The translations under genes and the position numbers were made by a program. DNA of 64,000 nt from an uncultured Solirubrobacteraceae bacterium (GTDB taxonomy: Bacteria > Actinomycetota > Thermoleophilia > Solirubrobacterales > Solirubrobacteraceae), in contig CAZPQW010000003.1 in assembly GCA_964588985.1 (NCBI GenBank), positions 1 through 64,000 on the forward strand. Reading direction: 5' to 3'. Position 1 is the stretch's first letter. Each line of letters begins with the position of its first letter. The notes beneath the pieces were generated by a model. That model did no database searches and had not been told where the DNA came from. It saw only the letters and a list, made by a program, of their open reading frames with translations. Below are positions 56,919 through 64,000 of this stretch, one piece after another.

Positions 56919-57629
56919 ATGTGCGGCCGCTACACCAACACCAAGGGCCCTGAAGAACTGAACGAACGCTTCAGGGTCCCGATCGCGGGCGACGCGGGCA
57001 CCCGGCGCTTCAACATCGCACCCACCGAAGAGGTGCTGGCGATCGTCTCGCCCAAGGGCGAGCCCGAGGCGCGGCTGCTGCGCTGGGGCCTGATACCGCC
57101 GTGGGCGAAGGACCTGAAGAGCGCGGGGAACACGATCAACGCGCGGATGGAGACCGTCACGACGCGGCCCGCGTATCGCTCCCTGATCCCGAAGGGCTCG
57201 CGCCGTGCGCTGCAGCTCGCGGACGGCTACTTCGAGTGGATCAAACCGGAGAAGCGCAGCGAGCCTCGTCAGCCGTTCTTCTTCCAGGTCGACGGCGGCG
57301 TACCGTTCGCGTTCGCCGCGCTGTGGACGCCCGCGAAGATCGACGGCGAGTGGATCGAGAGCATCACATTGCTCACGTGCGACTCCGCGCCGAACCGCAC
57401 CGCCGCGGCGATCCACGACCGCATGCCCGTGATCCTCGCCGACCGCGACGCGCAGCTGGCGTGGCTCAACCACAGCCTCGGGGCGGAGGACGCGCTGGCG
57501 CTGTGTGGAGCGCTGCCCGCCGAGCGGCTGTCGGCGCGGCCGGCGAACCCCGCGGTCAACAAGGCCGGGGGCGCGCCCGAGGGGCCCGAGCTGCTCAGCC
57601 CGCCAGCCAGCGCCGCGGGTTCTCCTTGA
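56919..57629 (+). CDS. SRAP (YedK/HMCES) abasic-site processing protein
   Basis: N-terminal MCGRY, FNIAPT, RWGLIP.W, INAR.ET, ADGYFEW, IHDRMPVIL. Confidence 0.94.
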   Translation: MCGRYTNTKGPEELNERFRVPIAGDAGTRRFNIAPTEEVLAIVSPKGEPEARLLRWGLIPPWAKDLKSAGNTINARMETVTTRPAYRSLIPKGSRRALQLADGYFEWIKPEKRSEPRQPFFFQVDGGVPFAFAALWTPAKIDGEWIESITLLTCDSAPNRTAAAIHDRMPVILADRDAQLAWLNHSLGAEDALALCGALPAERLSARPANPAVNKAGGAPEGPELLSPPASAAGSP

Positions 57630-58554
57630 AGATCGTCGCGAACACCGCGTCGTCCATCACGCCGAGATCGCGCAGCGCCGGCACGACCTCGTCGAACACG
57701 AGCGTCATCGACCAGTTGCGGATCGCGCCCGCGGCGGTGAACATCTCCTCGGCCTCCGGCGGGAACCAGTCGATCGTGGCGCAGTAGTCCTGGGAGATCA
57801 TCAGCCGCTCGGCGTGCCCGCGGCGCAGCAGCTCGGCCGCGACCGCGTTGCGCTTGTCGATCGGCAGGTACATCTCCAGGCCATAGCGGTCCAGTCCCAC
57901 GTACACGCCCTTCGCGAGCAGTCCCTCGATGTAGTCGAGGTCCTCGCTGTCGCCGCAGTGGGCGATCTGCACGCGCGTGAGGTCCACTCCCTCCTCCTCG
58001 AAGATCTCCACCTGCCGCGGACCGGTCGCGACGGCGGGCATCGAGTGGGCCATGATCGGCGCGCCCGTCTGCACGCTCGCGCGCGCGACCGCGCGGTGGA
58101 TCTTCTCGACGTTCTCGGTCACGCCGGCCGCGTCGGCTGCGCACTTGAGGAACGCCGCCTTGATGTCCGTCCCCTGGATACCCGTCTCGATGTCCGAGAC
58201 GAAGTGCTCGGCCATCACGTCGACGTCGCGGTTGGCGAAGTAGTGGGGGAGGTAGTCGTAGCTGTAGATGCCCGTGCACGCCACGATCCGCACGCCACTC
58301 TCATCCGCGACGCGCTTCATGAAGCGCACGTCGCGCCCTCCGAACATCGCGGTCGGGTCGACGATGCTCTGCACGCCTTTCGCCTTCGCCGCACCAACCG
58401 CCTCGAGCGCCGCGTCGAGCTCCCCCTGCTCGTCGTAGCGTCCGGGCCACTCCGCGGCGACAGCCTCGTCACGGAAGCGCACGTGCTCGTGCGCGAGCGT
58501 CACACCCAGCTCGCCTGCGTCGATCGCTCCCTGCACCGTCTCCACGCTCGCCAT
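57595..58554 (-). CDS. Phosphotriesterase-related amidohydrolase
   Basis: TV.G.I....LG.TL.HEH, GRD, LKCA, PIMAH, IAHCGD, ISQD, NPRR. Confidence 0.88.
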   Translation of the reverse strand: MASVETVQGAIDAGELGVTLAHEHVRFRDEAVAAEWPGRYDEQGELDAALEAVGAAKAKGVQSIVDPTAMFGGRDVRFMKRVADESGVRIVACTGIYSYDYLPHYFANRDVDVMAEHFVSDIETGIQGTDIKAAFLKCAADAAGVTENVEKIHRAVARASVQTGAPIMAHSMPAVATGPRQVEIFEEEGVDLTRVQIAHCGDSEDLDYIEGLLAKGVYVGLDRYGLEMYLPIDKRNAVAAELLRRGHAERLMISQDYCATIDWFPPEAEEMFTAAGAIRNWSMTLVFDEVVPALRDLGVMDDAVFATIFKENPRRWLAG

Positions 58555-58597
58555 CGAGTCCCCTCGCTATCGAAAGCTGTTTACAAAAGACTACCCC

Positions 58598-59140
58598 TCA
58601 GGTCGCGAAGTGCTTGCCCGCGATCTGCTCGATCGTGCCCTTCGTCCGGATCGTGATCGCACCCAGCAGGCGCTCGATCGCCTTCAGGTCGAGATCCGAG
58701 TCAGACATCCCGCCCGATGGCAGCCAGTAGAGCTCGCGCTCGCCGAAAACCAGCCTGTCCGCGTCGCTCTCCAGCGCCAGTACCGCCCTGCGGTCGGCTG
58801 CCGAGGGACGCGCGCCCAGCAGCGCGACCTGGAGTTTGCCGGTCGATGCCTCCACGTGCGCGCGCTCGAACGGCTCCGTGTCGGCGATCTCGCGCACCTC
58901 GCCGGCGGCGCGGATGAACGTGGGGACGGCGTAGCCGAGCGCCTCCTCGAGCCCCTGCTCGATGCGTGTCGCGACCGTCTCGTCGGGTTGATCCTTCCCG
59001 GCGAAGATCACGTTGCCGCTGGCGCGGAAGCTCGCCACCTCAGCGAAGCCCATCGCGGTGAAGTGCGCGCACAGCTCGAAGTTCGTGAGACGGTGCCCAC
59101 CGACGTTCATGCCGCGCAGGAACGCTGCGTAGAGAGCCAC
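58598..59140 (-). CDS. DUF1697 family protein
   Basis: YAAFLRGMNVGG, ASGNVIF, TIR...T. Confidence 0.8.
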   Translation of the reverse strand: MALYAAFLRGMNVGGHRLTNFELCAHFTAMGFAEVASFRASGNVIFAGKDQPDETVATRIEQGLEEALGYAVPTFIRAAGEVREIADTEPFERAHVEASTGKLQVALLGARPSAADRRAVLALESDADRLVFGERELYWLPSGGMSDSDLDLKAIERLLGAITIRTKGTIEQIAGKHFAT

Positions 59141-59185
59141 GGCGATGAGCGTAGCCGAGCGGGTCGCGGCGGCGAGGGGAGAAGC

Positions 59186-60208
59186 TCAGGCGGCGGTCGC
59201 GGCCCCGGCCTTCTCGGCCAGGATCGCTGCGATGCGAGCACGGTGCCTCTTGGCGTCCCCGAGCAGCGCGGCGTCGAGCTGCGCGCGCTTGTAGAGCCAG
59301 TGGATGTCCGCCTCCCACGTGAAGCCGATCCCGCCGTGCGCCTGGATCGCGCTCGCCGTCACCTCGCGTCCGGCGTCCGACGCGCACGCCTTCGCCATCG
59401 CCGCCGCCTCCGCTAGCTGCCCCGCGTCGGCGTCCGCGGTCCATGCGGCGAACGCCGCGGTCGAGCGCGCCTTCTCGGTTTCGAGCAGCATCTGCGCGCA
59501 GCGGTGCGATACCGCCTGGTAGGCGCCCACGGGCACGCCGAACTGCTTGCGGTCCTTGACGTACTCGACCGTCATCGCGAGCGCCCTGTCGCAAACGCCC
59601 ACGAGCTCCGAGCTGACGGCCACGAGCGCACGGCCGAGCCCCGCGCAGCCGTCCGCGAGCAGCTCACCGCCGTCGCCAGCGCTCACCTGCGCCGCGGAGC
59701 GGGTGGGGTCGATCGACGCGAGCGGACTCACGTCGGCCTCGTCGCTCGAGATAACCCGCGCGGAGCCGTCGTCTTCCACCAGCACGATCAGCTGAGCGTC
59801 CGCTCCGCCGATCACCAGATCCGCAACGCCGTCAACCGCCGCGCCCAGCGCGCCGATCGTCTCGCCCGACGCCAATCCCGGCAGCCAGCGCGCCTGCTGC
59901 TCGGGCGAGCCGCCGTGCTCGATCACGCTCGCCGCCATGATGCTCGGGAGGTAGGGGACGGGGGCGAGCGAGCGCCCCAGCTCCTCGCACAAGATCGACA
60001 GCTCGATCATGCCGAGCCCCTGCCCGCCGTGCTCCTCGGAGATCGCGATCCCCGGCCAGCCCAGCTCGCACAGCTCGCTCCACAGCTCCGCGTCCATATG
60101 CGCGGACTCCGCGTACGCGCGCACCCGCTCTGGCTTCGCGCGCTCGGCCAGCAGGTCGCGCGCCGTGCGCTGGATCTCGCGCTGGTCGTCTGTCAGGCCG
60201 AAGTCCAT
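59186..60208 (-). CDS. Acyl-CoA dehydrogenase (shorter partner subunit)
   Basis: MDFGLTDDQ, EEHGGQG, R.QFG.PVG.YQAV.H, Q.HGGIGFTWE. Confidence 0.9.
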   Translation of the reverse strand: MDFGLTDDQREIQRTARDLLAERAKPERVRAYAESAHMDAELWSELCELGWPGIAISEEHGGQGLGMIELSILCEELGRSLAPVPYLPSIMAASVIEHGGSPEQQARWLPGLASGETIGALGAAVDGVADLVIGGADAQLIVLVEDDGSARVISSDEADVSPLASIDPTRSAAQVSAGDGGELLADGCAGLGRALVAVSSELVGVCDRALAMTVEYVKDRKQFGVPVGAYQAVSHRCAQMLLETEKARSTAAFAAWTADADAGQLAEAAAMAKACASDAGREVTASAIQAHGGIGFTWEADIHWLYKRAQLDAALLGDAKRHRARIAAILAEKAGAATAA

Positions 60209-60260
60209 CAGCTACGCGACCCGAGTACGGAGCCCGAAGGGCGCAGTTCATAAAAATTCA

Positions 60261-61406
60261 TCACACCGCCACCTTCAATCGCGGCAATCCGAGCACGCGC
60301 TCCGCCACGATGTTCTTGAGCACCTCCGTGGTGCCTCCCTCGATCGTGTTGCCGCGCGCGCGCAGCAGCTCGTAGCTCCAGCGCGTGCCGCTCGTCAGTG
60401 CGTCCGGGCCCACCACGTCCACCGCCAGCTGCGTCAACCGCTGGTTGGTGTCCGACCACAGCCACTTCACGAGCGAGCCCTCGGGGCCCGGCTGGCCGTA
60501 GCGCTCGATGTCGGTGAGGCCCTTCCACGCGAGCAGGCGGATCGACTCGCAGCGCACGTGCAGCTCCGCGAGCTCGCCCGCGTAGTTCTCGTACACCCCG
60601 CGCTCGAGCGCCTTGCCGATCAGGTCGTCCAGCAGCTGGCGCAGGCGGATCTGCAGCGCGAAGCCGAGGCCCGCGCGCTCGTTCATCAGCGTCGTCAGCG
60701 CGACCTTCCAGCCGTTGCCGACGCCGCCCACCACGTTCGCGTCGGGGATCCGCGCCTCCTCGATGAACAGCTCGTTGAACTCCGCCTCGCCGGTGATCTG
60801 GCGCAGCGGGCGCACCTGCACCGCGTCCTGCTCCATGTCCATCAGGAAGTACGTCAGGCCCTTGTGCTTGGCCACCTCGCCGTCGGTGCGCGCGACGAGC
60901 ATGCACCACTTCGCGTACTGCGCGCCGCTCGTCCACACCTTCTGCCCGGTCACCACCCAGTCGTCGCCGTCCTTCACCGCGCGGGTTTTGAGCGACGCGA
61001 GATCCGAGCCCGCATCCGGCTCGGAGAAGCCCTGACACCAGATCTCCTCGCCTGAGAGGATGGGCGCGAGGTAGCGCTCCTTCTGCTCGGGCGTGCCCCA
61101 CACCATCAGCGTCGGTCCGCCGAGCAGCAGCCCGAGGACGTTGGCCGCCATCGGCACCCGTGCGCGTCCGATCTCTTCAAAATATATGGCCGACTCGGTC
61201 AGCGTTGCGCCTCTGCCGCCGTACTCGGCCGGCCATGCGGGCGCCGCCCAGCCGGCGTCGTAGAGCCGGCGTTGCCAGTCGCGCCTCCAGCCGTAATGGG
61301 CGTCCTCGCCGCCCTCCGTGGGCTCCGGCGCGGGCGGGTTCTGCGCGAGCCACGCGCGCAGCTCGTCGCGGAACGCGATCTCCTGTGGGCTGAAAGTTAG
61401 ATCCAT
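60261..61406 (-). CDS. Acyl-CoA dehydrogenase
   Basis: WP.EYGGRG, WCQGFSEPDAGSDLASL, GQKVWTS, FNE.F, TIEGGT.EV..NIVAERVLGLPR. Confidence 0.92.
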   Translation of the reverse strand: MDLTFSPQEIAFRDELRAWLAQNPPAPEPTEGGEDAHYGWRRDWQRRLYDAGWAAPAWPAEYGGRGATLTESAIYFEEIGRARVPMAANVLGLLLGGPTLMVWGTPEQKERYLAPILSGEEIWCQGFSEPDAGSDLASLKTRAVKDGDDWVVTGQKVWTSGAQYAKWCMLVARTDGEVAKHKGLTYFLMDMEQDAVQVRPLRQITGEAEFNELFIEEARIPDANVVGGVGNGWKVALTTLMNERAGLGFALQIRLRQLLDDLIGKALERGVYENYAGELAELHVRCESIRLLAWKGLTDIERYGQPGPEGSLVKWLWSDTNQRLTQLAVDVVGPDALTSGTRWSYELLRARGNTIEGGTTEVLKNIVAERVLGLPRLKVAV

Positions 61407-61488
61407 GACTGTTTCTAAAACACTACAGATGCGGGCCGGGGTGCGACTGGCGACCGCGTGGGCGAACGATACTCCGGTTCCCGTCCGC

Positions 61489-62160
61489 TCACGTGATGTC
61501 GATCGGCGTGCCGAGCTTCACCAGCGACCACAGCCGCTCGATGTCCGCGTTGCGCAGGCGGATGCAGCCGTGCGAGGGACGGCCGGGGATCAGCCGCGGT
61601 TCGTCGGTGCCGTGGATCCCCACCACGCCGCCGCCGGGCCATTCGCTGAGCGTCGGCGCGAATGCGCTCGTGCCGAGCGCCAGCGGCCCATACACGGGCG
61701 TGTTCGCCGTCACGAGCTTCTCCATCACGTAGAAGCGCCCGGACGGGGTGACGGTGCTCGCCTTGCCGACGCCGACGGGCGCCTCGAAGATCGCGTGCCC
61801 GTCGCGGAACAGCGTCGCGCGCAGGCGGCGCTTGTCGATCAGCAGGTAGCCGTCGACCTCGTTGAGCGTGCCGAGCGCTCCTCGCGGAACCCAGCCGGTG
61901 CGTCCGTTCGGACGTCCCGGAACCTCGATGCGGATCCACGTGTGGCCCGAGGCGAGCCGCTCGGAGTCGAGCGCCACGTACAGCTCCGCCTGCCCGTCAA
62001 CGGTCAGGAACCGCAGCCGCCCGACGACCGGGGCGTGCGCGGAGGGCGACGCGTGGATCGGCGCTTCCCCAGTCGGGTAGGCCCAGTGCGAGACGGTGCG
62101 CAGGTCCGACAGGCGCACGACAGGGCCCGGCGGCACGGGGAGGGGGGAGACGGCGAGCAC
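61489..62160 (-). CDS. L,D-transpeptidase (YkuD) with an N-terminal SH3-like region
   Basis: VGVG...T.TP.G.F, YGP.A, GIHGT......GRPSHGCIRL.N. Confidence 0.9.
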   Translation of the reverse strand: MLAVSPLPVPPGPVVRLSDLRTVSHWAYPTGEAPIHASPSAHAPVVGRLRFLTVDGQAELYVALDSERLASGHTWIRIEVPGRPNGRTGWVPRGALGTLNEVDGYLLIDKRRLRATLFRDGHAIFEAPVGVGKASTVTPSGRFYVMEKLVTANTPVYGPLALGTSAFAPTLSEWPGGGVVGIHGTDEPRLIPGRPSHGCIRLRNADIERLWSLVKLGTPIDIT

Positions 62161-62170
62161 CGCGGCGAGG

Positions 62171-63616
62171 CTAACCGGTGAACTTCGGCGAGACCACGTT
62201 CGAGCTGCAGCGCACGATCGTGATCGAACGCGACGCCTGCACCGCTTTGGCTGCGGCGGTGGCCTTGATCATCGTGATCCTCGCCTGCAGCCGGTGCGCA
62301 CCCACCCTGAGCTTGCTCGGGTCGACGGTGATCGACAGCAGTCCGCCGTGGGCGCTGTGCGCGGTGAGTCTCCTCAGTTTGTGCCCGTCGAGGTAGAAGA
62401 TCACGCTTGCGACGCCCGCCGACTTGATGCTTGCGCGGAAGCTCGAGCGCACGCAGCCCTGGGGGCCTTTGAGGCTTGGCACGGTCCCAGAGGCGAATGC
62501 CGCTACGCCGGTTTTGCCCGGGGTTTCGGTGGTTTTGGTTCCGAGCGTTCCGCCTGCGGGGGTGGGGGGCGAGGCGGTCGTGGTGGTCGTTTTTTCCTGT
62601 TCTTTTTCTTCTTCTTTTTTAGCCGGAGAGGTGGGCTTGACTTCCGTTACGACCGTGTTGGAGATTTTGGTTTCGGGCGAGCCGTCGCCGTCGGGGGGCG
62701 TGCCGGTGAGCATGACCGTGTTCGCGTAGGAGCCCACGGTGAGGTCGGCGTCGGTGATCAGGTGCGTGCAGAGGTATGCGCTCGAGGCGCCGGGGGCGAG
62801 GACGCCGCCCGCGGGACCGCCGGTGATCGTGCCGGCGTCGCAGCGCGGATCGGTGAAGGCCCCGACCGTCATCGGCACGTTGCCGGGGTTGTTGACGACG
62901 ATCTCATAGCCGATCGTCTGTCCCACTTCGCCCGTCTGCTGGGCGCTCGTGTACGGCGCGCCGGTACCTTCGACGCGCTGGAGCTTTTCCACCGACATTT
63001 CGGGCCGCGGGGGACACGTGACTTTCGCGTGGATGTCGAAGCCGCCGTTCATGCCGTTGGCGGTCGACCTCCTCCATTTGGCGTACCCGTCGATGATGTA
63101 GCTGCCAGGAGGCGCGTTGATGGGCGTGACGTTCGTGCCGGTGGAGCCGTCGAACGTGAACGTGGTGGAGGTGCTGACGTGGTCGACCTTGAGCTTCTCG
63201 GTGACGGTGTTGCCCGGGAGGTTGGGGAATTCCCTGAACGTCCAGGTGATCGACGTGCAGTTGATCAACAGCACGCCGTGGGTCCGTTCGTTCGAGCGCG
63301 CCTTGAGCAGTTTTTCGCTGGGGACGCGTTCGGCGGCCCTCTGTTCGCGGCGGGCCTTCTGCGCGGCCGCGCGTTCTTCCTGCTTGGCCTGCTTGGCGGC
63401 GGCCTTCTGTTCGGCGATCAGCGCCTGCGCTTCGGGAGAGCTCTGCGCGGCGGACTGCGCCTGGCCGGCGGGGGCGAGGATCGCCACGAGCGCCAGGGCG
63501 AGCGCGAGCAGGATCGCGATCAGCGGGAGCGTCTGGCCGCCCCTGCGTCGGGTCGTGACCGAGCCGTCGCGCCTCGGTTGCGACCGGTGCGGCCCTCCGT
63601 TGTTGCGAGTCTGCAT
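62171..63616 (-). CDS. Secreted multidomain protein (Ig-like/DUF11-type modules) ending in PKFTG
   Basis: SD gggaga; long signal peptide; GQTIGYEIVVNNPGNV module; Thr/Pro linker; Ig-like V.FYLDG; C-terminus VVSPKFTG. Confidence 0.8.
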   Translation of the reverse strand: MQTRNNGGPHRSQPRRDGSVTTRRRGGQTLPLIAILLALALALVAILAPAGQAQSAAQSSPEAQALIAEQKAAAKQAKQEERAAAQKARREQRAAERVPSEKLLKARSNERTHGVLLINCTSITWTFREFPNLPGNTVTEKLKVDHVSTSTTFTFDGSTGTNVTPINAPPGSYIIDGYAKWRRSTANGMNGGFDIHAKVTCPPRPEMSVEKLQRVEGTGAPYTSAQQTGEVGQTIGYEIVVNNPGNVPMTVGAFTDPRCDAGTITGGPAGGVLAPGASSAYLCTHLITDADLTVGSYANTVMLTGTPPDGDGSPETKISNTVVTEVKPTSPAKKEEEKEQEKTTTTTASPPTPAGGTLGTKTTETPGKTGVAAFASGTVPSLKGPQGCVRSSFRASIKSAGVASVIFYLDGHKLRRLTAHSAHGGLLSITVDPSKLRVGAHRLQARITMIKATAAAKAVQASRSITIVRCSSNVVSPKFTG

Positions 63617-63878
63617 GTCTCTCCCGTTCCGTGGGTCGCAGTCCCTTGTGGCGCGCGAAACCCCCTGCGTACTGCCCAGCACTCCCGCGCGTCTCCAAGC
63701 ACGGGAGCCATCCGCGTCAAATCTTTGCATATCGCGCGCGCCGTGTCTCTAGTTGTTATCCCTCGTAACAGTTTGACGGCGTGGATGCATCTCGCGACCT
63801 GGCGGTTTTCGCTTTCCAGAGGCAAACTTCGCCGTCGTGGTCCCGTTGAGCGATGCCCGTCGGAGTGGGAGATGACGG

Positions 63879-64000
63879 ATGACCGGCCAACTCGCATCCA
63901 ATGACGGCGAGCGTGACGCCAAGATCGCCGCGCAGGCGTTTCGAGAGCTGCCGGTCCAGCTGATCGACCCAAACCCCTCGCAGCCACGTCAGCGCTTCGA
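63879..64000 (+). CDS. ParB/Spo0J-family protein, 5' fragment (runs off window; not in the ORF track)
   Basis: MTGQLASNDGERDAKIAAQAFRELPVQLIDPNPSQPRQRF contains the I.PNP.QPR..F ParB N-terminal motif; purine-rich SD upstream. Confidence 0.75.
   Translation, partial: MTGQLASNDGERDAKIAAQAFRELPVQLIDPNPSQPRQRF

Noticed and set aside
62096-63904. 602-aa plus-strand ORF with a poly-Phe stretch
   Set aside because: Antisense of the Lys/Glu-rich linker of the minus-strand secreted protein

Overview
High-GC actinobacterial chromosome segment. Gene content and protein families point to Thermoleophilia (Solirubrobacterales/Conexibacter-like); this is an inference. The window opens in the 3' end of a 5S rRNA. 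A long core block follows: murA, hisZGDBHAF, a tRNA nucleotidyltransferase, pgeF-yggS-sepF-proC-yggT-lspA-rluA, rpsB-tsf-pyrH-frr-uppS-cdsA-dxr-rseP-ispG-proS, and pgsA-like/rsiG-like/FHA/MerR/apt. It is interrupted by a tandem pair of secreted Phi-1/EXORDIUM-like IPT/TIG proteins, an AbiE-like type IV TA pair, a methyltransferase and sod. The right half is more accessory: VapBC beside a tRNA-Phe 3' half, a sigma4/anti-sigma fusion, nadE, WS/DGAT, an rlpA-like gene behind a c-di-AMP riboswitch and LexA-type box, a P450, SRAP, a phosphotriesterase-like gene, an acyl-CoA dehydrogenase pair, and a partial parB. The two best candidates for undescribed systems are (1) a three-gene cassette of secreted Cys-rich proteins with polybasic tails, present once intact and once decayed, and (2) a secreted protein ending in ...PKFTG-stop encoded directly upstream of an L,D-transpeptidase. 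All calls come from reading motifs by eye; no searches were run.
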